DNA from: a virus | DNA length: 64,000 nucleotides | Virus record (IMG/VR): IMGVR_UViG_3300022074_000004 | Direction: 5' to 3' (one strand) | In this document: piece after piece, positions 55,501-63,549 of the stretch | Position numbering within the stretch: position 1 is the first letter of the stretch | How the letters are laid out: each line of letters begins with the position of its first letter | Program-made: the position numbers and the translations under genes | Notes under the pieces: generated by a model | Told to the model about the DNA's origin: nothing | Seen by the model: the letters and a program-made list of their open reading frames with translations, nothing else | Databases searched by the model: none

Positions 55501-58500
55501 TATGGAATGAGTGAAGGCAATCATACTGTTATGAGAGAAAGCCCAGATGTTGCTTCAGTTTATGAGCCAACAGCAAATACTCCATCACCAGCGTCTACTT
55601 TGGCTGCTAATGGTGATGATATGGGCAAAGTTAGTATTTTAAATGCAGACGGGGAACTTATTAAAGATGTCACTCAACTGTCTTATGCAAGTGAGAGTGG
55701 TGATTATCCATCTACTTATACTTCAAATAGTTTTGGCACATCAGTTTCAGCTACTGATACTACATTAATGGTTGGCGAACCAGTAGGCAAGAATGTATAC
55801 GTATATGATGGTGAAGGTAATCCATTAACAAAATTATCTAGCGATACAGATAATTTTGGCACATCTGTGGCTTCAAATGGAATGGCATATGTTGTTGGAG
55901 CTCCTAAATTCATAGAATATGGAAATACTACTGTTGAAAGTATTGAGGTTAAGAGCTCTACTCCTTCTAGTGCAATTACTGAATTTTCTGAGGATAATGG
56001 ATGGCAGAAATATAGCAATCTTCCAAATCCAAGCTATGATTGGTGTGATATAGCATATGGAAATGGAGTTGTGGTTGCTGTATCTAGATTAGAAGATGCC
56101 AATTATATTCCAAATGTAGGGGACATGGTTTTCTCTACTACTAATTTGGGAGCTCTTCCGGGGGTTGATCAAGGAAACAATAGTTATCTTGTAAAGGAGG
56201 ATATAAATTGGGATATTTCTAATATGATTGGAGGAACATCTGCTAATCTGCCTTACAACTGGGCTCCATCTACAGATGGTAACGGTAACTTTGATGGCAG
56301 AAATAATGGCTGGAAAGATCACTTTGGTTGGACAGGAAATACTGGACACTTGGCATATTCCACTGATGATGGAGCAACTTGGTCAACTATGACCGATCCG
56401 AATAGCCTTGGATATGATTTTGTGTTCAACTGCATTGCCTTCGGAAAAGGTGGTGATATTCCAAATGGTAAATTTGTTGCATTATGTCGTGGTGGCAACA
56501 GAATTTATACCTCTGAGGATGGAATTAATTGGGAATCTAATGACAAACCTCGGGATGGTTCGCCTGAAATGCCATATGTGAACAATTACAATAGGGGCAC
56601 AATCTACGGCACCTATAACGCCTCCGGTGCCTCCCTTTTCAATGTAATGTGGGATGATATTTATTGGTGTCCTGTTAGAGAAGAATTTATTGCTATGGGA
56701 TATGCACCATATCCTTCAATCGATAGAGATAAGTATGATGCGACTGGATTTAATCATTGGTATGAGTATTCATATATATACAGAAAAGTTTCAAAAGATG
56801 GTATTACTTGGTCTCAAATGAATGTTGGAGGTGATGGGACCGTATATTCTGATGGCACTCGTGTCAGTACTGTATTCATGGATGCTAGCCTAAATGGTCA
56901 AAAAGTAATCACTGGTATACCACACTATCAGGGTAGTTCTCCAGATGGATATGTTTTACGCCACAAAAATGGTTCTGCAACTATAAGCAGATGGATGGAT
57001 ACGTCTGCTAGCTACAATCGTAGTATTATAGCAGATACTCTGCAACACACCTCAAACAAAGAATTGTTTGATTTTGCATATAATTATGCATCTGTTGACC
57101 TTGACAAGGTTATGGTTGCAGTTGGTGATGATACAATTTTATATTCTGTTACTGGTAGCAGTTGGATGCATGCAGATTTCCCATTAACACCTTTCTCAAA
57201 TGGTACAGCAAGAAAATCTGGTGTAATTTCTGGAAATGAATCTATTGGAAAATTCCGCACTGTAACATATGCAAATGGATACTGGTATGCCACTTGTGAT
57301 CCTAGCACTGCAAGCAACGGAACTACCACAGTATCAGGAAAAGACGCTTGGTCTCTTGACGGTAAGAATTGGTATTATGTATCGCAAAATACTCATTTAA
57401 ATGACATATTTAGAAATGTATCTTTCAGTGAAGGGAAGTACGTCTCGATTTATGATGGATATAATGGTGATTTTGCAATAACTGAAACACCTCGTACTCC
57501 TATACCTGTAACTACAATTACTCTTCCTGATGACCTTGTTCATAGACAATCTGATAGCACGCTACTCGGTGGATATACTTTCACTGGTTTCTTAAGTATT
57601 AATGATACTATTTCTTCATTAGATTCTAGTGCTAGTGGACAAGTTTTTGATATATCTGGAGATGAAATTGCTGTCTGGAATTACAGTGGTGATTTCTCTG
57701 GCCAGCCACTTAAACTGAGTGAGGCTGTAAGTGTATCTTCCGGTGCTGGTGGTGAGGTTAGTGTTTATAACACAGATGGTACTTTAAGAAGTACAATAGT
57801 TGGTGCTTCATATGAGAATTTCGGAAAATTTGTTGGTCTCTGTCACGATGTTGTTCTTATCACTTCAAAGGATCGTTTATTTGGATATGATCTTGATGGA
57901 AATCAATTGTACAATCTTTATTTTGGAGATTCTAAAGGTAATACCAAAATTAGATCATTTGCTACATCTGAAGATGATACAACTATTGCTATCGGATTAT
58001 ATGGTGATTTATGGCGTCAGGTTGATAGCAGCTCTTCATATTCTAATCATGAATTTGATGATGCAAATAAATTAGAGCAAACAAGTATTGGTTATGTAAA
58101 ACTCTTTAAAACATATGGAAGCGGTATTTCTCCTACAAAAGTCTTAAGGGCCAGATATGCCACTGAGGCTGATTACTTTGGTCATGATATTGCAATCAAT
58201 GATGGCAAGATAGCTGTTCTTTCTCCTGGTCGTGAATATGGCTGGGGTTCTGAAAATGGAGCTCCAAAAGCTAGAATCACTCTCTTTACTATAGACGGTA
58301 GATTCATATCCTCAATTGGAGGAAAAGAATGGACAAAATCATCACCTCTTGCTCTTGACAGTCCATTTGGTCAAGATGACAAACTTGCATTACTTGGAAA
58401 TTCATTGGTTGTTACTCATCCATCTAATGGAAACCGCACAGTTTATGCAGAGAGTGATTATGAATTACCTATTTCAACTGCTGGAGCACCATCTATAGGA

Positions 58501-59754
58501 TTTAATCCTGATTCACAAAACGGTGCTTATATGTCTACAAATAATCCAAAGACATTTAAAGTTACAGTTGGACCTGCCCAATTCGTTAGAGATTATTATG
58601 ACGATGGTATTGCTATTGAAAATAGAAATGTATACTATATTGATGGTGTACCAACTAAGCACAATCGTTATACCAGAACTGACAACAGCTACGAATGGGG
58701 TTATACAAGTGATGCAAATAGAACTACACTTGATCTACAGTTTGGTACTACACATATCTTCGATTTATCAGATCCGTCAAACCTTGGTCACCAATTTGAG
58801 TTACAGGGAATGTATAGTGGATTTGATAGAGATTGGGATAGCACAACATATCCACAACTTCCATACGTATTTCACGGCGATTGGGTTAAATACGGAGTTG
58901 ATGGAACTCCAGGTGCTCGCTTAGAGTATACTGTTCCTACAATAGCTGAAGGTGGAACCCCAGGTCAACCTGGTGCTTGGACTGGGGGCGGATATGTTTA
59001 CTGGAAGTGTGCTCTTCATGATGATGCAATGGGCAGAGGTGATTTTAATTTCACTACAGATGCTCCACAGGTGGAAGGATCGGCATTTGAATTTAGTGAC
59101 GCTGATGATTTCACTATTGAAGCTCAATTTAAACTTGAAAATACTAGCGGATACAAGTATCCCAAGTCAATGTTATTGATTGGTTCAAATAATGAGGGTG
59201 ATAATTATGGATTTGCCGCTATTTTAGAATCTGAATTTGATGAAGACGCAGAACTTCATATTCCTGCTAAGAGATTGAAATTTACAAATAATGGCCCAAG
59301 TGGTCTCGTATCGGATTGTTATGCAACTCTCCCAGATAATGACAATGAGTGGCATCATATTGTAATCATGAGATCAAGTGGCAAATTATCCATTATATAT
59401 GATGGTGTAGAAATTTATAGTAAATCTGATCTCCTTGTATATCCTCAAAGTGGTCCAATTTATATCGGTGGAACGCCTGAAGGATATCTAGATTTTGAAG
59501 GAAATATTATTAACATGAGAATATCCAGAATTCAGAGATATGACTCAACTGAAACATACGTATCACCTAAGAACGTATATGTGAAGATTAATGGAGAATG
59601 GAAAAATGTTGATGATATCTTCGTCAAGGTCAATAATGAATGGAAAAATGTCATCAATGATTCCTTGATTCCAAAAGTTGATGGTGGCTGGAAGAAATAT
59701 GATCCAGATGGATCTATTATTACACCACAAATTGTTGGTGCTGTGAAAATTTAG
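49567..59754 (+). CDS. giant multidomain virion adhesin (3395 aa): propellers, LamG-like, CBM-like, cupredoxin-like domains
   Basis: RBS AGGAG; FG-GAP-like repeats; YSTDDGATW/TSEDGINW/SKDGITW boxes; DFTIE...WHHIVIMR...IYIGG...FEGNI..MRI; C-terminal VKINGEWK repeats. Confidence 0.88.
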   Translation: MTSSYENLPPTSDLVDDSDVMFMLGTSTQTALPDAYGSMAIESVGNVSVETDSPFSSAGRYIGSLTRPEDILSFDSGFGKIVLGTDGSAHIYNSTLSHETSVSPSDSTSGFGKKIVIAYDRIYVGADSSIFIYNLDGTGEQKISETGIGANFVVQSDRILAPVVGGNVSHIYHIDGSNKVSTSAFTNATSDYGAYGLGVCEASNGSYKFAYVGDPGYNGDRGAVLAINLEIYSSPYSTLITGEVSNQLGINIPDIRNSGSNWNGRIGSAGGYLPQGSRFGTVIACEDFAGVYGNSTGFVAISAPFANSMYDYDHGDDWDYDTQMPWGKTDATRLYKGCVFYFKTEAGYTNTNRDRIGFKTQSNQSNFVISSVGHVNKVSQISSHVDYHSFGESMAYRDGKLIVGAPYDGEAGARAGAVFVFDTEAETMDVSSRPATESEEYHLKYNPVRFVNKFVGDEFDNTTENYGLSVAVGGELMLSKGSDNNVYVHSTEGFFAKDWYGNYVPSDEKVVEADSGRSVGAVNDSEAGTAVSATDTKLFLSVPKHNETGGVHVFNFYKSLNVSEVITIPYAGSAYDPMDIDSDNDLVATVDSSGAITLTALSTGVVQTTINSGVSSPIEISIGSGRVALTNSSGLVKVYNTNGSFVKDLSDGNSGSDVKISIDGYIGTSSKTEGTAHIFDLDGTKSTTFTSVGGDDIKLTDSHIFIADSSANSIHQYNKDGSWGLVRTITNAEQDFGKSVDANSSYLVSVANSILFVYALSDGSLVSSTTVSPSSQVYSDNGVSQAEALASDYTTSTPVTLTASAGKIEIDILSAPVGEFSGPTGANVDPVDIGAGINGIPDISAVDSSYKDSNGDLLHNTHSFIGFDESVKINASDNITLDASTGSIVYSSLGAAYFDPKMEFGKVYKVTVDVERMDSTVEMKTCDVTGVTQGASSKLAIGPAGKTTGLITPPSADQTYLAIDNISAFDPNNVTATVNNDINTAYSISLRNSSHTHIGGGYVWEVTNINACERTVDGSGNWIPKLSEIVKKDTSGNVLLTIPNPTSAQALYTFNSWNNTTFKTESDYGLSLFGNKMKFWSGGFITECLNDGSYFDGGCLIAYDFDGNQLWKKRYGNGTASNVIDYGSNVYRHLCSHNIHDIDEENGIAVVSYATSVSQSSGYVSVYFAFAVIDLQTGNQLGNAIKSNILWYRFSYSNYENLVKFAKCADGHILISHGVRGYSAEPGTFEVFEWNSATNSATTIRRADNSYARRDLLPYVSTSASAEEKNRQDYMDPEMTNPHHIKYQYEYVQHASQFYGQSRAEWAISMGGGRIAVPVRNAYIYDNDHSTQTSVDKGRKMLLMTYDLDPANDVYFEHGDTTSAYIREPLGFVTKDGFFVNPTSGTSDFQPTKYSGGARMNHLSYIENTSGFLYTGKASSNTTYTVYDTETLTERDTFVFNPANNDTQLSSGSVDEFEQFFANRYILKSYDPTNGTCLFTNLSNVYEGRKANQAEFVTAPASDTGYSAITGSYAEPNVLVTITCPPPDDMASTIKSVSVQELPVSTSSSYAIDFANKEFSLEFDAKVDGGIDWANFDPSIPPPTLTLNWGVRHYTRSWYANFSTGVSKLYWVGDDGTKVQIRSYQTSSQYQPWQSYSEDLGALGISGTGYFAIGFTQPRNYNCDPQYDGFQLVNADGDIVYDYKPQNRGTFGAGLGFRQANSSTSRYSPGGGNSVDDIPTSWKTTNLAQGSSSGTFNYDAYGTPTYYSGPSGSLISGSNGYYIYFEPGYYPRYSSGGQYTFWFRTEGTVSSTDPTATSYVFPPEPHFLIGDDRENSSDPGWALSLEWKDNSQDEVVISYGSSDELRIPLGFHIFDANPSTHTFKLSRDSYDGDLVLSVDGSPVYTEPSRASGENSIDLHASRNLFLGGYDGELSNLSIEFPDGPRVNRTAIDLADSAFLVNADNGPYIHRTNDTSYYYDINGKIRHTLISQSKNPSSYYGMSEGNHTVMRESPDVASVYEPTANTPSPASTLAANGDDMGKVSILNADGELIKDVTQLSYASESGDYPSTYTSNSFGTSVSATDTTLMVGEPVGKNVYVYDGEGNPLTKLSSDTDNFGTSVASNGMAYVVGAPKFIEYGNTTVESIEVKSSTPSSAITEFSEDNGWQKYSNLPNPSYDWCDIAYGNGVVVAVSRLEDANYIPNVGDMVFSTTNLGALPGVDQGNNSYLVKEDINWDISNMIGGTSANLPYNWAPSTDGNGNFDGRNNGWKDHFGWTGNTGHLAYSTDDGATWSTMTDPNSLGYDFVFNCIAFGKGGDIPNGKFVALCRGGNRIYTSEDGINWESNDKPRDGSPEMPYVNNYNRGTIYGTYNASGASLFNVMWDDIYWCPVREEFIAMGYAPYPSIDRDKYDATGFNHWYEYSYIYRKVSKDGITWSQMNVGGDGTVYSDGTRVSTVFMDASLNGQKVITGIPHYQGSSPDGYVLRHKNGSATISRWMDTSASYNRSIIADTLQHTSNKELFDFAYNYASVDLDKVMVAVGDDTILYSVTGSSWMHADFPLTPFSNGTARKSGVISGNESIGKFRTVTYANGYWYATCDPSTASNGTTTVSGKDAWSLDGKNWYYVSQNTHLNDIFRNVSFSEGKYVSIYDGYNGDFAITETPRTPIPVTTITLPDDLVHRQSDSTLLGGYTFTGFLSINDTISSLDSSASGQVFDISGDEIAVWNYSGDFSGQPLKLSEAVSVSSGAGGEVSVYNTDGTLRSTIVGASYENFGKFVGLCHDVVLITSKDRLFGYDLDGNQLYNLYFGDSKGNTKIRSFATSEDDTTIAIGLYGDLWRQVDSSSSYSNHEFDDANKLEQTSIGYVKLFKTYGSGISPTKVLRARYATEADYFGHDIAINDGKIAVLSPGREYGWGSENGAPKARITLFTIDGRFISSIGGKEWTKSSPLALDSPFGQDDKLALLGNSLVVTHPSNGNRTVYAESDYELPISTAGAPSIGFNPDSQNGAYMSTNNPKTFKVTVGPAQFVRDYYDDGIAIENRNVYYIDGVPTKHNRYTRTDNSYEWGYTSDANRTTLDLQFGTTHIFDLSDPSNLGHQFELQGMYSGFDRDWDSTTYPQLPYVFHGDWVKYGVDGTPGARLEYTVPTIAEGGTPGQPGAWTGGGYVYWKCALHDDAMGRGDFNFTTDAPQVEGSAFEFSDADDFTIEAQFKLENTSGYKYPKSMLLIGSNNEGDNYGFAAILESEFDEDAELHIPAKRLKFTNNGPSGLVSDCYATLPDNDNEWHHIVIMRSSGKLSIIYDGVEIYSKSDLLVYPQSGPIYIGGTPEGYLDFEGNIINMRISRIQRYDSTETYVSPKNVYVKINGEWKNVDDIFVKVNNEWKNVINDSLIPKVDGGWKKYDPDGSIITPQIVGAVKI

Positions 59755-59773
59755 TAATATTCTCAATGGTATA

Positions 59774-59803
59774 GGGCGAGACTAATATCTCGCCCAAACT
59801 TTT
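59774..59803 (+). terminator. hairpin, probable terminator or processing site
   Basis: GGGCGAGA-CTAATA-TCTCGCCC followed by AAACTTTT (weak U-tract). Confidence 0.6.
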
Positions 59804-59821
59804 CACAAATTAAAGCAAAAA

Positions 59822-59828
59822 ATAAATA
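59822..59828 (+). promoter_or_regulatory. late promoter box ATAAATA
   Basis: Intergenic, before ATG 59873. Confidence 0.6.
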
Positions 59829-59872
59829 CTCAAAAGGAAATAAAATAGTACCGATACCAAAGAGGAATAAAA

Positions 59873-62800
59873 ATGACCACTAGTAACATTGATATACTTT
59901 CAACGCCATACCAAACAGCGGGACTTCCACAATCTGAAACTCACATTTCATCTGAGTGGCAAATTTCAAGTAGTCCTGAATTCACTACTACAATAATTAG
60001 TGATGATTCATCAGATGAAGATGAATTGACTTCTTATATTGCAACTCTCCCTGATGGAGATTATTCTGTAAGAGTTAGATATCATTCTACTAATCATATT
60101 TCTGCATATTCGGATCCAATCCAACTTTCTCTTGTGAATGGTGATATAGTTAAGACAAAATCTGTAACTTTTACCACAACTTTCCATCCACAATTTGCAG
60201 CAACAATAATATATAAAAAGATTTCTGGCCTTGGACCAGATCAACTAGTTTTTAACAGAACTATTAGCACCCAGACTGTTGATATTGGTGCTGGAGCTGT
60301 GTATGAGTTTAGTTCCACCAATGATCCCGACTTAACTCAGTCTTATGAAGACAATGGACCTAGATATGATGCTACTCAACAAAATAGATGGTTGAAAATA
60401 GCTACAAGTTTGGGAGGATTTATCACTGCAAATAAATATGAAGCGAATTGGTCTCCAGAGTTTAACTCTGTAGAAGAATTGGCTCCAGAATTATCTGTTG
60501 ATCTTTCCGTAAAATCTCTTACCGTTCTTGCTGGCGAAAATATTCATGTCAGTGCTATAGCGAGTGATACCGCAAATACATTTGGAACTACTATAACATA
60601 TCAATGGCAACGTAAATACATTGACAGCCAGTGGGTAAACATTGAAGATCAAACATCAAAAATTTATAGTGGATTGGTCCCAGCATATACTACAGATAAC
60701 AACTCAAAAGTTAGATGTATCATTACAGCTACAAATGGTAGTGGATCTGATACAAAAACTACGGATGAATGTGATGTAAATGTAAGTGAATTTGTGGCAG
60801 GTGCTCAAAGTCCATACACATATTCAAATCCAGAAACAAGAACTGGACAAGGTGGCTTCACTCAAAGACCATCATGTACTAGTATTTCAAATGGTTGGTA
60901 TACAAGAACTGGTCGTCCAAATTCAGAAACCAATGGTGGCGGAAATCATGACATAAGGCAATTGGAAGTTTTCTGGGATGGTGTGCTAATACAGGGAGAT
61001 TTAAATGAAGATGGCTATCTAATTGCTGGTGAATATGCATATGCTCCCGGAACTTATAGATCTCCCAGTCTTTACGGTTGGAGATATGATGAACAATGTG
61101 GATATGCAGGTCCAGAGGGTCAAGGAACAGGTGATTTTGGTAACGGTTTTGATGTAATCAGATACAGTTATGTACATGACCCCAATGACTATTATTATAA
61201 ACCACATGAAGATGATGTAAATGGGCCAATTACTGCTTGGAATGATTTCCTCAGTCAGCGTTCGGTTGCCCCTACGGTAGAGAGGTCAACTACAAATACT
61301 AGAATAATTAATGCAACAACTCAATTTGAAAATGCAAGTGTTGGTGATGTCATTTGGTTTGATTCTCCAGATTATGATGATGTAAAATTTGATCGAATTG
61401 TCAAGACCTCTGTGTCAACAAATGACTTTATTATGCAAAAATATGTGGCTTCATCATCAGAGTGGTCAGTCACTTTAAGATTTGAAGTCAGAGCTGGTGG
61501 AGATAATGATGGAGTTACTTCTGATTTCAATGGAAAACTGGTTTACAGTCAAGATAAGACCTTCTATAAAGGGGGTATGGATGATAGGGCAAGGCGATGG
61601 GACCTTGGTGACATAACCTGGGATTATCGTGTTTATGGAAAACCTGTCTGGATGATTAGAATTGTTGCACATAGCAACAATGCAGGTCTTCCACTTACAT
61701 TTACCTTTGATAATGATTGCTACGCGGATATTAGTTTCCAACAATTAGATGGTGGGCAATATGATATTGATCTATTTGAACCAGCCAATTACACTCCACA
61801 GTATGGTGTAATTGAAGCAAGACCAGATACGTTGGAATTTAAATTGGAGCTTTTGGACATAAAGGGATATGATCACCCAGAAAGATATAATGATAAGGAA
61901 GTTAGAACTAGTTGGTATAATGTTTCATATACCGGACCTGCATCCATCGATCCATTCACTCTTGGATATAATACAGGTGGATATCATAAAGTAACTGATA
62001 TTTCTGATACAAATGCTCCTGTACGTCTTTTCAACTTAGATTCAAGTAAAAAACACGTATTTAGAATCACTGTTGATGGAAATACATATTTCTGCCCACA
62101 GGGTGTAGATGGTGGGCGACACATTGATATGAGTGATAAAATTGGTAGATATAATGATAGATATTGTTTGGTCAAAGCTGGTTCAACCGGTGGAGCATGG
62201 GGAACTTTTGGTTACGGCTATGACGATTCCCAAGGATTTGATTACTATAGAATAGGTCTTGAAAATCAGGCACACTGGTGGGAGTTGCAATATGCTGAAG
62301 GTTCTGGTGACGCTGATGATCCAGATAACTATAGTTTGCAACGTGCGATCAGAAGAGCTAGAAACGCTTGGAGTCGCACCAATGTTGGATCTCACTACGT
62401 TGATGCTCACATGAAGATCAGTTGCAATAACTATTCTCCATTCTTAAGATATTATGGTGGAATGCAATGGCATTTTAGATCTGGTGGTGGAATCAATTAT
62501 GTAGATATCATTTATGATCCATTGGACCAAAAAGGTGATGCAAATAGAGTAAAGTGGTATACCTATAAAGATTCTCCATTGCCCCTTGTCACAGTATTTG
62601 AAAAAGAATATGGAGTGGGGCCATCTGAAGTTAAATTTGGAGATTCTATTCGTGAAAATTCAAATATTGATGTTACTAAAGCTCAGCTCACCAGAGGAAC
62701 TGTTTATAAATTTGCTAGATATGAGCATACAGATGGGACTACCATAGATGCTTCGGGATTTAATAGAGTTCTGCAAGGTGGTGCAATATTAATTACTGAT

Positions 62801-62914
62801 CTGAGACAGACATCTGTTGAAAGAACAGATGGGGAAGATAATAGTTACCATATTGGTACTAACTATGGAAGATTTGTAGATGCTGATACCTGGGTTGCTA
62901 CAACTCCTTGGTAA
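59873..62914 (+). CDS. virion structural/fibre-associated protein (1013 aa) with FN3-like and Ig-like domains
   Basis: HISSEWQISSSPEF...YSVRVRY...SAYSDP; ITYQWQR...WVNI...VRCIITATN; RBS GAGG. Confidence 0.78.
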   Translation: MTTSNIDILSTPYQTAGLPQSETHISSEWQISSSPEFTTTIISDDSSDEDELTSYIATLPDGDYSVRVRYHSTNHISAYSDPIQLSLVNGDIVKTKSVTFTTTFHPQFAATIIYKKISGLGPDQLVFNRTISTQTVDIGAGAVYEFSSTNDPDLTQSYEDNGPRYDATQQNRWLKIATSLGGFITANKYEANWSPEFNSVEELAPELSVDLSVKSLTVLAGENIHVSAIASDTANTFGTTITYQWQRKYIDSQWVNIEDQTSKIYSGLVPAYTTDNNSKVRCIITATNGSGSDTKTTDECDVNVSEFVAGAQSPYTYSNPETRTGQGGFTQRPSCTSISNGWYTRTGRPNSETNGGGNHDIRQLEVFWDGVLIQGDLNEDGYLIAGEYAYAPGTYRSPSLYGWRYDEQCGYAGPEGQGTGDFGNGFDVIRYSYVHDPNDYYYKPHEDDVNGPITAWNDFLSQRSVAPTVERSTTNTRIINATTQFENASVGDVIWFDSPDYDDVKFDRIVKTSVSTNDFIMQKYVASSSEWSVTLRFEVRAGGDNDGVTSDFNGKLVYSQDKTFYKGGMDDRARRWDLGDITWDYRVYGKPVWMIRIVAHSNNAGLPLTFTFDNDCYADISFQQLDGGQYDIDLFEPANYTPQYGVIEARPDTLEFKLELLDIKGYDHPERYNDKEVRTSWYNVSYTGPASIDPFTLGYNTGGYHKVTDISDTNAPVRLFNLDSSKKHVFRITVDGNTYFCPQGVDGGRHIDMSDKIGRYNDRYCLVKAGSTGGAWGTFGYGYDDSQGFDYYRIGLENQAHWWELQYAEGSGDADDPDNYSLQRAIRRARNAWSRTNVGSHYVDAHMKISCNNYSPFLRYYGGMQWHFRSGGGINYVDIIYDPLDQKGDANRVKWYTYKDSPLPLVTVFEKEYGVGPSEVKFGDSIRENSNIDVTKAQLTRGTVYKFARYEHTDGTTIDASGFNRVLQGGAILITDLRQTSVERTDGEDNSYHIGTNYGRFVDADTWVATTPW

Positions 62915-62934
62915 TTGGATTTAGATTTTGATAT

Positions 62935-62962
62935 ATCCTCCACGAAAGTGGGGGATTTTTTT
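62935..62962 (+). terminator. rho-independent terminator with GAAA tetraloop
   Basis: ATCCTCCAC-GAAA-GTGGGGGAT followed by a T run. Confidence 0.92.
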
Positions 62963-62967
62963 ATGCC

Positions 62968-62996
62968 GTGCAATATTTTCAATTTTATGGTAAAAT
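62968..62996 (+). promoter_or_regulatory. sigma70-like promoter GTGCAA-17-TAAAAT with extended -10 TG
   Basis: 17-nt spacer; TGg-TAAAAT; 24 nt before ATG 63021. Confidence 0.55.
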
Positions 62997-63020
62997 TATA
63001 GTTGTTACCAAAAGGATCTC

Positions 63021-63218
63021 ATGAAAGATCAAAACTCGATCGCAGATAATGAATCTAAACAAGATAAATGGAATCGTGGATTGGATCTCTTTGTAGAATC
63101 TGTTTTAAAGCCCGATCCGGCATTACGTCAATGTGCTCACAATCAATTGTGCTATCATGAACTTATGGATGTTCGTGCTGATGTTCTGGAATATCTTGCC
63201 ACCAAGCGTTGGCACTGA
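63021..63218 (+). CDS. small hypothetical phage protein (KWNRGLDLFVESV..PD..LRQCAHNQ.CY.ELM)
   Basis: 65-aa ORF, RBS AAGGA. Confidence 0.8.
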   Translation: MKDQNSIADNESKQDKWNRGLDLFVESVLKPDPALRQCAHNQLCYHELMDVRADVLEYLATKRWH

Positions 63219-63223
63219 GTTTC

Positions 63224-63421
63224 ATGAAAAATTCAAAAAAATTTCCATATGAAACTTTTCTCTGGAGAATGGTATATAATAATACTGTGTACCATTTTCA
63301 GGATGAGTCTCATATGAGAAAAATAATTGAACGGTACAACATTAAGAAAAAAGATGTAATTATTGAACATAGAGATGGAAAATCCTTTGTCTTTCGTAAA
63401 AAACACAAGAAAAACTTATGA
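63224..63421 (+). CDS. small basic hypothetical phage protein (FPYETF motif)
   Basis: ATG 63224 is just after the upstream stop; in frame with track ORF 63209. Confidence 0.7.
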   Translation: MKNSKKFPYETFLWRMVYNNTVYHFQDESHMRKIIERYNIKKKDVIIEHRDGKSFVFRKKHKKNL

Positions 63422-63539
63422 TAAATTCAATCAAATTGTTGTAACTGAGGTTCAGGTACAATTTGATAAAGAGCCCCCTGCATGGATTCCTTATTCTACA
63501 TTGATGGGTATTCAAAAGTGGTTAAATAAAGTATATTAA
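63375..63539 (+). CDS. small hypothetical phage protein (54 aa, not in ORF track)
   Basis: Manual translation MENPLSFVKNTRKTYDKFNQIVVTEVQVQFDKEPPAWIPYSTLMGIQKWLNKVY*; fills the gap 63421-63550. Confidence 0.7.
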   Translation: MENPLSFVKNTRKTYDKFNQIVVTEVQVQFDKEPPAWIPYSTLMGIQKWLNKVY

Positions 63540-63549
63540 GCAATTTGCC

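Noticed and set aside
30809-59754. Inteins or introns as the explanation of the in-frame inserts
   Set aside because: No C/S...HN-(C/S/T) splice junction pairs or LAGLIDADG/HNH motifs seen; the inserts look like adhesin domains and frames are continuous
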